In this document: positions 18,567 to 27,717 of the stretch, in pieces
How the letters are laid out: the number at the start of each line of letters is the position of its first letter
How positions within the stretch are numbered: the first letter of the stretch is position 1
Source: a bacterium
GTDB taxonomy: Bacteria; Patescibacteriota; Minisyncoccia; JBDRLZ01
Assembly: GCA_043812555.1 (NCBI GenBank)
Contig: JBDRLZ010000017.1
Location: 1-47,258 of the forward strand
Length of the DNA stretch: 47,258 nucleotides
Direction: 5' to 3'
Position numbers and translations under genes: made by a program
Notes under the pieces: generated by a model
Databases searched by the model: none
The model's input: only the letters and a program-made list of their open reading frames with translations
What the model was told of the DNA's origin: nothing

Positions 18567-18691
18567 ATTAGAATGTGTTTGTTGTGGCAGAATTTAATCC
18601 CAATGATATTAGGCCGGCTGCATTGTATATTTTAGAAAAGCAAATAAAAACGCATCGGGAATGATGGTCTTCATAGGATCAAGACAAATCG

Positions 18692-18717
18692 GAGCCAGAA
18701 ATTAAAGATTCTGGCTC
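18692..18717 (+). terminator. 9-bp perfect hairpin (GAGCCAGAA / TTCTGGCTC) followed by TTGTTAATTT, 37 nt upstream of aspS
   Basis: The inverted repeat was read directly. The loop is 8 nt. Confidence 0.4.
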
Positions 18718-18754
18718 TTGTTAATTTCTAAAATTTTTGTTAGAATTAATTTGT

Positions 18755-20059
18755 ATGCAACGAACTTTAATTCAAGACTTAAACAAAAAAATCGGCGAAA
18801 AAATAAAGATTTGCGGTTGGGTTGATTCGCGCCGGGATCATGGCAAAATTGTTTTTATTGATTTGCGCGATCGTTCTGGTATTGTTCAAGTTGTGACAAC
18901 CGAAGATGTAAGACAAGAATGGGTTTTGGAAATTATTGGCAAAATTCAAAAACGGCCAAAAAATCAAGAAAATCCAAAAATTAGAACAGGCGCAATAGAA
19001 ATTGCCGCAGAAAAAATAAAAATTTTAAATAAAGCTAAGACCCTGCCTTTTGAATTAGACAAACCGGTTTCCGAAGACTTGAGAATGCAATACCGGTATT
19101 TGGATTTACGCAGTGAGCGCATGAAAAATAATATTATTTTGCGGCATAAAATTATTAAGCTTATTAGAGATTTTTTAGACAAAGAAAATTTTGTTGAGAT
19201 AGAAACGCCAATTCTAACAAAATCAACTCCAGAAGGCGCTCGCGACTATATTGTGCCATCGCGGCTTCAGCCCGGCAAATTTTACGCTTTGCCGCAATCA
19301 CCCCAGCAATACAAGCAATTACTAATGGTCGCTGGCCTAGAAAAATATTTTCAAATTGCCAGATGTTTTCGCGATGAAGACACGCGCGGCGACCGCCAGC
19401 CTGAATTTACGCAATTAGACTTAGAAATGTCTTTTGTTGAACAAGAAGATATTTTAAAACTTGTTCAAGAATTAATGCTCAAGATTTGCCCAAAAGCAAG
19501 TTTTCAAAGATTAACCCATGAACAAGCAATAAAAAAATACAAGACTGACAAGCCGGATTTAAGAAAAAACAAAGAAGACTTTGCTTTTTGTTGGATTTTG
19601 GATTGGCCATTATTTGAATATAATCAAGAAGAAAAACGCTGGGATCCAATGCACCATATTTTTACCGCGCCAAAAGACCCAAATTTTAAAGACCCAAAAT
19701 CAGCCAAGTCTTGGCAGCACGATTTAGTTTTGAACGGCTATGAAGTCGGCGGCGGAAGCATTAGAATTCACGATCGCAAAACACAAGAAAAAATTTTTAG
19801 ATTAGTCGGCCTTTCTGAAAAACAAATCCAAGAAAAATTCGGTCATTTATTAAATGCTTTTGAATACGGCTGTCCGCCGCACGGCGGAATTGCCTCTGGG
19901 CTTGATCGATTAATTATGCTTTTAGCTCAAGAACCAAGCATCCGCGAAGTTATTGCTTTTCCAAAAACCGGCGACGGCCGGGATTTAATGATGAACGCGC
20001 CAAGCAAATTAGATAAAAAACAATTAAAAGAACTGCATATTAAATGCTTGACAAAGTAA
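18755..20059 (+). CDS. aspS: aspartyl-tRNA synthetase, bacterial-type core lacking the GAD insertion domain
   Basis: Has the FYALPQSPQQYKQLLM...CFRDEDTRGDRQPEFTQLDLEMSF motif 2 region and GGIASGLDRLIMLL...AFPKT motif 3. DKPDLR is followed almost directly by FCWILDWPLFE. Confidence 0.85.
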   Translation: MQRTLIQDLNKKIGEKIKICGWVDSRRDHGKIVFIDLRDRSGIVQVVTTEDVRQEWVLEIIGKIQKRPKNQENPKIRTGAIEIAAEKIKILNKAKTLPFELDKPVSEDLRMQYRYLDLRSERMKNNIILRHKIIKLIRDFLDKENFVEIETPILTKSTPEGARDYIVPSRLQPGKFYALPQSPQQYKQLLMVAGLEKYFQIARCFRDEDTRGDRQPEFTQLDLEMSFVEQEDILKLVQELMLKICPKASFQRLTHEQAIKKYKTDKPDLRKNKEDFAFCWILDWPLFEYNQEEKRWDPMHHIFTAPKDPNFKDPKSAKSWQHDLVLNGYEVGGGSIRIHDRKTQEKIFRLVGLSEKQIQEKFGHLLNAFEYGCPPHGGIASGLDRLIMLLAQEPSIREVIAFPKTGDGRDLMMNAPSKLDKKQLKELHIKCLTK

Positions 20060-20751
20060 TTCTGGCAATCATAGCTCTGCTTGTCATATTAACTATCTAT
20101 CTTGGCCTGCATAATAATTTTCAGAATATAAACGCTAGTATTGTCCTTGATGCTAATTGGCTCAATGCCAAGCTAATTCCAGAATCGCCGTTCCCATTAC
20201 AGGCTAAAGCCGGCATAGTTATTAACAGAGAATCCGGCCAAATTCTCTACCAGCGCAACGCTGATATGCAATTACCGATTGCCAGCCTAACTAAGTTAAT
20301 GACAGCCTTGGTTGCCCAGTATCAAGAAGACTTATTTTATAAAATGCTGGTTTGGTCAGATAATAAAGCGGCTGAAGATCTTGTTTTAGATATTAGCAAG
20401 TTAAATCAAAAAGCCCAAGAATTAGGCATGCTAAATACACACTTTATTGATGCCAGCGGCCTTGACCCAGGCAGTATTTCTACGCCAAATGATTTGGTTA
20501 TTTTAGCCGAAGAAATTTCAAAACGACCTGATTTAATTAAAATATTGCAAACGCCGGAATATAATCAGATTAAAAATACTAATCAGCTTTTGGGTTTGCC
20601 CGGAGTTGTTGCCGGCAAAACCGGACTTACTGACGAGGCTGGACAATGCCTGCTTTTGATTACTGATAAATATATCAGCATTGTTTTAAACGCAGAAGAC
20701 AGGTTTGAACAGAGCGAGAAATTAATAAAAATTATTGATGATAAGAAATAA
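20044..20751 (+). CDS. serine-type D-Ala-D-Ala carboxypeptidase (PBP5/6-like, peptidase S11), compact
   Basis: Has an N-terminal TM anchor plus SxxK (SLTK), SxN (SDN) and KTG (AGKTGLT) motifs. Confidence 0.65.
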   Translation: MLDKVILAIIALLVILTIYLGLHNNFQNINASIVLDANWLNAKLIPESPFPLQAKAGIVINRESGQILYQRNADMQLPIASLTKLMTALVAQYQEDLFYKMLVWSDNKAAEDLVLDISKLNQKAQELGMLNTHFIDASGLDPGSISTPNDLVILAEEISKRPDLIKILQTPEYNQIKNTNQLLGLPGVVAGKTGLTDEAGQCLLLITDKYISIVLNAEDRFEQSEKLIKIIDDKK

Positions 20752-21145
20752 GATTAAAAATAAGATATTAATAGTTGAAGACGAAATTTTAATGCTTAAG
20801 ACTTTAGTCAGCACCCTGAATAACCACGGCTTTAGCACTTTAGAAGCTCAAGACGGCGAGCAAGGCCTTGCGATTGCTTTGAAAGAAAAGCCCGATTTAA
20901 TTTTACTTGATACTATTATGCCCAAAATGGACGGCTTGGCAATGCTCAAAGAATTAAGAAAAAAGTCCTGGGGCAAAAAAGTGCCGATAATCTTTTTAAC
21001 TAATTTATCTGACTCAGAAAAAATTATTCAAGCAACAAAAAATTATACTAAAACTTTAGATAATATTGCTTATGAGTATTTAATTAAATCAGATTATCAT
21101 TTGAGTGATGTCGAACGACCGATCGAAAAATCAATTGAGAAATAA
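20735..21145 (+). CDS. stand-alone response-regulator receiver domain (CheY-like)
   Basis: Has ILIVEDE, DLILLDTIMPKMDG and a conserved Lys region. There is no output domain and no adjacent histidine kinase. Confidence 0.75.
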   Translation: MMIRNKIKNKILIVEDEILMLKTLVSTLNNHGFSTLEAQDGEQGLAIALKEKPDLILLDTIMPKMDGLAMLKELRKKSWGKKVPIIFLTNLSDSEKIIQATKNYTKTLDNIAYEYLIKSDYHLSDVERPIEKSIEK

Positions 21146-21149
21146 AATT

Positions 21150-21554
21150 ATGGGAAGTTATAAAAATCAATTTGAATCTTTTTTAAAAAAATATGGATTT
21201 TTGCCATTTGATCATTGGGAGTGTTTTGAATTGGAGCATGGCAAAAGGACGATTTTTAAGAGTAATTCGGACAAAATCAGAAAGGAAGTTGATAAAAAAG
21301 GCGGTATATATGTTTATAAAAAAGGGGATAAGGTTCTTTATGTGGGTAAGGCAGTATCTTTATTTGGAAGATTAAAAAGTCATAATCGGGAATCATTCGA
21401 GCCGGTTCCAGGAGATACGAAGTACAAAACTTGGCATAAGTTTTTTTCAAGGAATAAGGGCAAGCTTCGTGTTTACTGGAAAGAGATTAAATTAGAAGAC
21501 GATAGAGTGATAATTGAAAAAATGCTTAAATATGTTTTGGGGGCCGGAATTTGA
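21150..21554 (+). CDS. GIY-YIG nuclease-domain protein
   Basis: GGIYVYKKGDKVLYVGKAVSLFGRLKSH matches the GIY-(x10)-YVG...R..H pattern. ATG at 21150 follows the upstream stop. Confidence 0.5.
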   Translation: MGSYKNQFESFLKKYGFLPFDHWECFELEHGKRTIFKSNSDKIRKEVDKKGGIYVYKKGDKVLYVGKAVSLFGRLKSHNRESFEPVPGDTKYKTWHKFFSRNKGKLRVYWKEIKLEDDRVIIEKMLKYVLGAGI

Positions 21555-21633
21555 ATTTTTTAGGAAAAAATGCGAAGGAAAAATAAATAAATGAATAATA
21601 TGTCCCGGCCAACAAAAATAGTAAAATAATTTT

Positions 21634-21885
21634 ATGCCAAATAAAAAAATAATTTTTGAAAATCAAAAAATCCGCCGGATAATTCGTAAAAAAGATAAAA
21701 AAGCAGTCTGCAGACACGATTATAAAAATGCAATCAAAGTTGGTAATGTTGATTATCAATGTCCATTGTGTGGCAAGCTTTTGGACCCAGGAGAATGGTT
21801 TTTTATGAACAGCTTTGAATTTGTTGAAGTATTTTCAAAAAACACGAAATCCAAAAAGCTTTTCAAACATAAAAATTTTTGTTAA
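21634..21885 (+). CDS. small hypothetical protein with a CxxC zinc-ribbon-like element
   Basis: 83 aa. The only feature is CRHD...CPLCGKLL. Confidence 0.3.
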   Translation: MPNKKIIFENQKIRRIIRKKDKKAVCRHDYKNAIKVGNVDYQCPLCGKLLDPGEWFFMNSFEFVEVFSKNTKSKKLFKHKNFC

Positions 21886-21906
21886 AGTAAGATCAGGTTC
21901 AAGCTT

Positions 21907-22383
21907 ATGCAACTAAATAATTTTTTCAAATTAATAATCGCTGTTATTGTGTCAGAACTAGCTGGTATTATTGGCTCTATTTTTACTGTTTCTGCGATTC
22001 CGACTTGGTACGCCGAACTTGTCAAACCAGCCCTAAGCCCGCCAAATTGGCTTTTTGGGCCAGTTTGGACAACGCTTTATTTTTTGATGGGCATTGCCGC
22101 GTTTTTGGTTTGGAAAAGAGGATTTGAGCGAAAGAATATAAAAATAGCGCTCGGCCTATTTTGCATCCAGCTCTTTTTGAATGCACTCTGGTCAATTATT
22201 TTTTTTGGATTACATAGCCCTGGCGCGGCTTTTATCGAGATCATAGTTTTATGGCTGGCAATTATCATCGCGATTATTGCATTTTCTAAAATCTCAAAAC
22301 CAGCAGCATGGCTTTTAGCGCCGTATATAATCTGGGTTAGTTTTGCCGCATATTTAAACTATGTAATCTGGATTCTTAATTAA
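21907..22383 (+). CDS. tspO: TspO/MBR family tryptophan-rich sensory protein
   Basis: Has five TM helices with WYAELVKPALSPPNWLFGPVWTTLYFLMG and APYIIWVSFAAYLN blocks. Confidence 0.8.
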   Translation: MQLNNFFKLIIAVIVSELAGIIGSIFTVSAIPTWYAELVKPALSPPNWLFGPVWTTLYFLMGIAAFLVWKRGFERKNIKIALGLFCIQLFLNALWSIIFFGLHSPGAAFIEIIVLWLAIIIAIIAFSKISKPAAWLLAPYIIWVSFAAYLNYVIWILN

Positions 22384-22387
22384 CATA

Positions 22388-23662
22388 ATGACACTAAAAC
22401 AACTTTTAAAAAACTTAAAACAAGAAGTCAAAGGCATAACTTGCGATTCGCGGGAAGTAAAAAAAGGCTATTTGTTTATTGCTTACAAAGGCGTTAATCA
22501 AGACGGCCATAAATTTATTCAAGAAGCCCGAAAAAAAGGCGCTAAAATTATTATTGGTGAAACTAAAGATTGCGATGTTCAAGTCAAAGACGGCCGCGAA
22601 GCTTTGGCTTTAGTTGCGGCCAAATGGTTTGGCAATCCAGGGCAAAAACTAAAACTAATCGGCATAACCGGCACCAATGGCAAAACATCAACCGCTCAAA
22701 TGCTGGCAAAAATCTTAAATGCCGCTTATGTTGGCACAATCGGCTATGAATATAAAAACATCAGATTTGAAGCAAGAGAAACAACGCCGGATGCGATAAC
22801 TCTGCATAAAATTTTGCGCAAGTTTCTAGATGCCGGAGCCCAATATGCAGTAATAGAGGCTACTTCGCAGGGTCTGGCTCAAAAAAGATTATTTGGTTTA
22901 AATTTTGAAATCGGCATTTTCACAAATTTTACCCAAGACCATCTTGATTATCATAAAACTTTTAAAAAATATTTGGCCGCCAAACAGATTTTATTTAATC
23001 AGTCAAAAATTGCGGTTTTAAATCAAGACGACAAAGCAAGCAAAAAGTTTAGGCATAAAAGAATTATCTGGTATGGCAAAGCAAATATTAAGTTAAAAAT
23101 GCCCGGAGAATTTAATCAATACAATGCCGGCGCCGCGCTAAGCGCGGCTAAAGCCTTGGGTATTAAAAAAACAGATGCCATAAAGAATGTCACTGTGCCA
23201 GGCCGTTTTGAACCAATTGGCAGAAGAGTAATAGTCGATTATGCGCACACGCCTGACGCTTTAGAAAATTTATTAAAAAACGCTCGGCAAATTGCTAAGA
23301 ATAAGCTGATTTGCGTTTTTGGCTGCGGCGGGGACAGAGATAAAACCAAGCGGCCAATAATGGGCAAAATCGCAACCAAAATTTGTGATTATGCTATTAT
23401 CACTTCTGACAATCCAAGAACAGAAAATCCAAAAAAAATTATCAAAAATATAATTGCTGGAGTTGCAAAAAATGCAAATTTTGAAATTATAGAAAACCGG
23501 GCACAAGCAATCGAAAAAGCAATTAAGATTTCTCAAAAAGGCGATTTAGTTGTGATTGCTGGCAAAGGCCATGAAGATTATCAAATCTTAGGCACTAGAA
23601 AAATACACTTTGATGATCGAGAAAAAGCCAATAATATTCTTACACGGCTGGGGATTAGATAA
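22388..23662 (+). CDS. murE: UDP-N-acetylmuramoyl-L-alanyl-D-glutamate--2,6-diaminopimelate (or L-Lys) ligase MurE, compact
   Basis: Has the GITGTNGKTST P-loop, DNPRTE signature and GKGHEDYQ block. Confidence 0.8.
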   Translation: MTLKQLLKNLKQEVKGITCDSREVKKGYLFIAYKGVNQDGHKFIQEARKKGAKIIIGETKDCDVQVKDGREALALVAAKWFGNPGQKLKLIGITGTNGKTSTAQMLAKILNAAYVGTIGYEYKNIRFEARETTPDAITLHKILRKFLDAGAQYAVIEATSQGLAQKRLFGLNFEIGIFTNFTQDHLDYHKTFKKYLAAKQILFNQSKIAVLNQDDKASKKFRHKRIIWYGKANIKLKMPGEFNQYNAGAALSAAKALGIKKTDAIKNVTVPGRFEPIGRRVIVDYAHTPDALENLLKNARQIAKNKLICVFGCGGDRDKTKRPIMGKIATKICDYAIITSDNPRTENPKKIIKNIIAGVAKNANFEIIENRAQAIEKAIKISQKGDLVVIAGKGHEDYQILGTRKIHFDDREKANNILTRLGIR

Positions 23663-24257
23663 AAATTGCTTTAATCAGCTAGCTAGCCAATTAGCTGATT
23701 ACGAGCAAGTTTTATTTGATTTGCCCGGCTTTGGCCAGACAGAATTACCCAAAAGACCATGGGCCACTTTAGATTATGCAAATTATATAAAAAATGCTTT
23801 TTTGGACAAAAAAAGCATTTTAATTGGTTATTCTTTTGGCGGCAAAATTGCCATAAAAATTGCGGCTGATTATCCTGAATTAGTCGATAAATTAATCTTA
23901 ATTGCCAGCTCTGGCTTGCGCAAAAAACTTAGTCTAAAAAGATTAATTAGAAAAATTTTAAAAAAATCTTCTCAAGACTATAAAAACGCTGGCGCATTAA
24001 AGCCGATTTTATCAAAAATAGTGGCTCAAGACTTAACTCAAGACTTAAAAAAAATAAAATGCGAAACTCTGATTTTATCAGCTGAAAACGACACTGAAAC
24101 TCCTTTCTGGACAGCCAGAAAAATGCATAAACTAATTAAAAGCAATAAGCTTGTTGTTTTACCCGGCCTTGGCCACCACGATATTTTAACTTTAGGCATC
24201 CACCAAACAAGCCATCAAATCAAGAATTTTTTAAAAAATGCTCAAAACAAAATATAA
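23610..24257 (+). CDS. alpha/beta-fold hydrolase
   Basis: Has HGWG, the nucleophile elbow GYSFGG and a C-terminal GLGHH. Confidence 0.6.
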   Translation: MMIEKKPIIFLHGWGLDKNCFNQLASQLADYEQVLFDLPGFGQTELPKRPWATLDYANYIKNAFLDKKSILIGYSFGGKIAIKIAADYPELVDKLILIASSGLRKKLSLKRLIRKILKKSSQDYKNAGALKPILSKIVAQDLTQDLKKIKCETLILSAENDTETPFWTARKMHKLIKSNKLVVLPGLGHHDILTLGIHQTSHQIKNFLKNAQNKI

Positions 24258-24933
24258 AATTCCCGGAGTACCCTTAAATAAACAGCCAAGAGAAAAGTTA
24301 ATTAAATACGGCCCTGATTTTTTAAAAAACGCCGAGCTTTTAGCTATTATTTTAAATACTGGCTATGCCGGCCAGACAGTTCTTGAATTGGCTGCGCGTA
24401 TTTTAAAAGAATATGGCTCAAGAGCAATAACTAAAGAAAAAAGTGTTGAACGCTTAATGGACGAACTGGAAATTCCTAGAGTCAAGGCTTGCCAAATTAT
24501 TGCCTGTTTTGAGCTCGGCCGAAGATTTTTTATGGAAGAAACTGGCAAAATGCCGGTTATTAGAGATGCTGAAGATGTTTTTAATTATTTGCAAGAAACA
24601 ACTAAGTTTAACAAAGAGCAGTTTCGCGGTCTTTATTTAAATGCCAGAAATAAGGTTATTTACGATGAAGTAATTTCAATCGGCACTTTAACAGCAAACT
24701 TAATTCATCCGCGCGAGGTTTTCCAGCCGGCAATTGAATTTTCAGCCGCGGCAATTATTTTAGCTCATAATCATCCGTCTGGCGACCCAGAGCCGTCAGA
24801 AGACGATTTAAGAATAACCAAAGAACTAATCCAGGCAGGCAGGATTATGGATATTAATATTTTGGACCATATAATTATTGGCAAAAATAAGTATGTTAGC
24901 TTGAGAGATTTAATAGAGAGGTTGAAAAAATAG
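24238..24933 (+). CDS. radC: RadC-like JAB/MPN domain protein
   Basis: Has an N-terminal HhH-like region (ELLAIIL) and the HNHPSGDPEPSEDD JAMM motif. Confidence 0.8.
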   Translation: MLKTKYKIPGVPLNKQPREKLIKYGPDFLKNAELLAIILNTGYAGQTVLELAARILKEYGSRAITKEKSVERLMDELEIPRVKACQIIACFELGRRFFMEETGKMPVIRDAEDVFNYLQETTKFNKEQFRGLYLNARNKVIYDEVISIGTLTANLIHPREVFQPAIEFSAAAIILAHNHPSGDPEPSEDDLRITKELIQAGRIMDINILDHIIIGKNKYVSLRDLIERLKK

Positions 24934-24993
24934 GGGAGATATAATAGAATAGAAAAAGTTTAATAAGCGTATTAGAAAGAGGGGGCGAGAAAA

Positions 24994-25245
24994 ATGCATA
25001 ATTTAACATGCCCAGGGTGTTTTACTGAAGCAGGGGAGTGTTTTTGGCGAGACATTGGTGAGCTTGAACGATTTTTAGACGAATATACTCTTTACTGCAA
25101 TAATTGCGGATATGTTGAGAAAACAGAAAAAGATGGTGGTTGGGAATACTATGATAATACAGAAATATCAACCACATGCAAGTATTGCGGTGAAGCTTTT
25201 CACAAGCACTCTCCGCCACCAATAGAATTATGCTTTTTCATCTAA
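24994..25245 (+). CDS. small Cys-rich zinc-ribbon protein
   Basis: 83 aa with CPGC, CNNCG and CKYCG pairs. A GAGGGGG SD-like sequence lies upstream. Confidence 0.4.
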   Translation: MHNLTCPGCFTEAGECFWRDIGELERFLDEYTLYCNNCGYVEKTEKDGGWEYYDNTEISTTCKYCGEAFHKHSPPPIELCFFI

Positions 25246-25257
25246 TATAAATAGGGT

Positions 25258-25292
25258 GCGGTTAGAATTTTTAACCGTATCTTTTTATTTTT
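25258..25292 (+). terminator. hairpin GCGGTTA/TAACCGT followed by a T-rich tract
   Basis: A 7-bp stem (one G-U pair) followed by ATCTTTTTATTTTT, directly after the zinc-ribbon ORF. Confidence 0.45.
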
Positions 25293-25363
25293 GGGGAGAG
25301 GTGATAGAATAAAAGAAAAGAACAATTATTGTATAATCCCTATTTTATGCTAAGCTTTAAATT

Positions 25364-26548
25364 GTGGCAAAACAAATTAAAACAAGAATAGCGCCGTCGC
25401 CAACCGGACCATTGCATCTTGGCACTGCCCGCACAGCGCTTTTTAACTATTTATATGCTCGGCAGAGCGGGGGAGCGTTTGTTTTAAGAATAGAAGATAC
25501 AGACAAAAACCGTTCTAAAACTAAATACGAAAAAGACATTAAAAATGGGCTAAAATGGCTTGGGCTAGATTGGGATGAAGAATACAAGCAAAGCGAACGC
25601 ACAAAAATTTATAAAAAATACTTAGAGCAATTATTAGAGCAGGGGAGTGCTTATAAGAAAGAGAATGCTATTTATTTTAAAACTGCATCTAAAAATTTGA
25701 GTTTTATAAAATTTAACGATTTAATCAGAGGTGAAATTAGTTTTGATTTAAATCTAATAGAAGACTTTGTGATTGCCAAAAATTTGCAAGAGCCGCTTTA
25801 TAATTTGGCTTGCGTTGTTGATGACCATGAAATGAGCATAACGCATATAATCCGCGGCGAAGACCATATTTCTAATACCCCAAGACAAATTTTAATTTAT
25901 CAAGCATTAAATTTGCAAATTCCGCAATTCGCACATTTACCCTTGATTTTAGGCTCAGACAGAAGCAAGCTATCAAAACGCCATGGCGCAACATCTTTAA
26001 CAGATTATCAAAAAGATTATTTGCCAGAAGCATTAATAAATTATATGGCTCTTTTGGGCTGGAATCAGGGAACAAAAAAAGAAATATTTTCTAAAAAAGA
26101 ACTAATCAAAGAATTTTCTTTAAACAGAGTTCAAAAAGCTGGCGCGGTTTTTGATATTAATCGACTCGATTGGATGAATAGCAAATACATTAAACAAAGT
26201 TCTCCAGAAAGACTTTCTAAATTAACAGGCTTGCCAAACAATATAATCTCTCTTGAGCAAACCAGAATTAAGCGTTTAAGCGAATTTAGAGAATTCACTA
26301 AATTTATTTATAAACTGCCGGATTATAAGTCAGAACTTCTTTTATATAAAAATATGACTAAAAAGCAAGCAGGGGACTGCTTAGAAAAAGCCATAAGAGG
26401 CGAGAGGCTGGAACATGAAGAACTATGGCCTCCCCGAGTCGCTTTAAGCGGTCAAAAAGGCAGCCCTGGATTTTATGAAATAGCCAAGGTCTTAGGAACA
26501 AAAGAGACTTTAAAAAGATTAAAAAATGCTCAAAAAAAGTTATTTTAA
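25364..26548 (+). CDS. gltX: glutamyl-tRNA synthetase, short form (GTG start)
   Basis: Has PSPTGPLHLGTARTALFNY (HIGH region) and KLSKRH (KMSKS). 394 aa, so the C-terminal anticodon-binding region is reduced. Confidence 0.85.
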   Translation: MAKQIKTRIAPSPTGPLHLGTARTALFNYLYARQSGGAFVLRIEDTDKNRSKTKYEKDIKNGLKWLGLDWDEEYKQSERTKIYKKYLEQLLEQGSAYKKENAIYFKTASKNLSFIKFNDLIRGEISFDLNLIEDFVIAKNLQEPLYNLACVVDDHEMSITHIIRGEDHISNTPRQILIYQALNLQIPQFAHLPLILGSDRSKLSKRHGATSLTDYQKDYLPEALINYMALLGWNQGTKKEIFSKKELIKEFSLNRVQKAGAVFDINRLDWMNSKYIKQSSPERLSKLTGLPNNIISLEQTRIKRLSEFREFTKFIYKLPDYKSELLLYKNMTKKQAGDCLEKAIRGERLEHEELWPPRVALSGQKGSPGFYEIAKVLGTKETLKRLKNAQKKLF

Positions 26549-26571
26549 AAAGCAGAGCTTATAGTTTTCCA

Positions 26572-26609
26572 CAACCAAGTCGTGAAATGGATATTGTGCG
26601 ACTCGGTTG
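26572..26609. terminator. 11-bp imperfect hairpin between convergent gltX and the Ada-like gene
   Basis: CAACCAAGTCG / CGACTCGGTTG with one mismatch and a 16-nt loop. Confidence 0.35.
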
Positions 26610-26666
26610 TATTCTTTCTGTGGATAAACTCCTCCCCTTTTCCACTCCCCCAGCCCCACTCTTGGC

Positions 26667-27020
26667 TTATTTATGCGAAATGCAAGAACAGGGCTGGTAA
26701 CCCTTTTCTTGGGCTTCTTTTTCTGATTTAAACCAAATTTCGTTCTCTTTTTTAATCTTTTTTGCCCAAGTACAGTCGGGGAGGTGATATTTATTTGAAT
26801 TTTTACTGCCAACAAAAATACCCTCTTTTTGTTCTGATATAGTCTCCCCTATTTCTGCCCTAAATATATTATTATCAATAATTTCTATTGGCGCTGATTT
26901 AGAACCAATATTATAAGATAATCTGCCCAAGCCAAAAGCAATTAAAGCAATTAAAATTACTCCAACGCACAAAACAATCTTATCTTGATTTTTTATAAAT
27001 AATTCTTTATACTTTAACAT
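26667..27020 (-). CDS. membrane-anchored protein with C-terminal Ada-like Cys-rich metal-binding motif
   Basis: Has a TM helix ([18 protein letters not shown]) and C-terminal [12 protein letters not shown]...[11 protein letters not shown] at 27020 is preferred, and it abuts the rpmA ATG at 27021. Confidence 0.5.
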   Translation of the reverse strand: MLKYKELFIKNQDKIVLCVGVILIALIAFGLGRLSYNIGSKSAPIEIIDNNIFRAEIGETISEQKEGIFVGSKNSNKYHLPDCTWAKKIKKENEIWFKSEKEAQEKGYQPCSCISHK

Positions 27021-27311
27021 ATGGCACATCGTAAATCTGGAGGCAGTACACAATTAGGCAGAGACTCGAAATCAAAGCGCTTGGGCGTTAAGCTTTTTGC
27101 CGGCCAAAAAGCCAAGCCCGGCTCAATTATTATTCGTCAAAGAGGCACTAAGTTTAAGCCGGGCAAAAATGTCAAACGCGGGGCTGATGACACTTTATAT
27201 GCTCTAAAGCCAGGTATTGTTAATTTTATAACCAAAAGAATCAAGCGCTTTGATTCTGGCCAGAGACGCGTAAAGATAGTTGAGGTTTTATCCCCTGCCC
27301 CAAGTCAATAA
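27021..27311 (+). CDS. rpmA: 50S ribosomal protein L27
   Basis: [29 protein letters not shown]...[10 protein letters not shown]. Confidence 0.95.
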   Translation: MAHRKSGGSTQLGRDSKSKRLGVKLFAGQKAKPGSIIIRQRGTKFKPGKNVKRGADDTLYALKPGIVNFITKRIKRFDSGQRRVKIVEVLSPAPSQ

Positions 27312-27627
27312 CTACTTTATATTGACCCGGCTTTTTAATTGGTTTTTCAAGTAAAACCTGTTTTTTGTTTATATCAAGCTTTTCAGCAATGTCTTTGGCA
27401 GTTATGGCGCCGAATGCTTTGCCCTTCTTGCCTATTTTAAGCTTGAGGCTTATTTTTGTTTTTTCTAATTTTTCAGCCTGCTTTTTGATTTGAGCCTGCT
27501 GTTTTTCCAGTTCTTGAACTGCTAAATTAGTTGCTAAAACTGCTAATCCTTGAGGAATCAAATAGTTCCGGGCATAACCGTCTTTGACATTCTTGATTTC
27601 ACTAGTTTTTTTGAGAATAACTTTCAT
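27241..27627 (-). CDS. rplI: 50S ribosomal protein L9
   Basis: Has [30 protein letters not shown] and the C-terminal domain [13 protein letters not shown]. Confidence 0.9.
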   Translation of the reverse strand: MKVILKKTSEIKNVKDGYARNYLIPQGLAVLATNLAVQELEKQQAQIKKQAEKLEKTKISLKLKIGKKGKAFGAITAKDIAEKLDINKKQVLLEKPIKKPGQYKVVIDLGQGIKPQLSLRVSGQNQSA

Positions 27628-27717
27628 GATTTTTAAATATATCAGCTTTTTTATCTTTTGCCAAGAGTCCCAATGTCCATAAAACCATTGTTATTAAAAT
27701 AATCCTGATAAATTTTA

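Noticed and set aside
18438-18754. T-box riboswitch upstream of aspS
   Set aside because: I could find no T-box consensus (AGGGTGGNACCGCG-like) or specifier-loop architecture by eye. Only a generic hairpin is present.
24933-25320. Direct repeat flanking the zinc-ribbon ORF as a confident insertion scar
   Set aside because: Only 20 of 26 positions match, and both copies are purine-rich low-complexity sequence, so chance similarity is plausible. It is mentioned only as a weak fourth example.
26627-26664. G-rich tract on the minus strand (GGGGCTGGGGGAGTGGAAAAGGGGAGGAG) as a G-quadruplex
   Set aside because: Only three runs of three or more G are present, so a canonical four-run G4 cannot form. 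Noted only as a compositional oddity in a 3' UTR.
26540-26815. Track ORF 26540-26815(-), 91 aa
   Set aside because: It overlaps the 3' part of the better-supported 26667-27020 ORF (TM helix plus Ada-like Cys motif) in another frame. It also runs through the intergenic hairpin and the G-rich tract.
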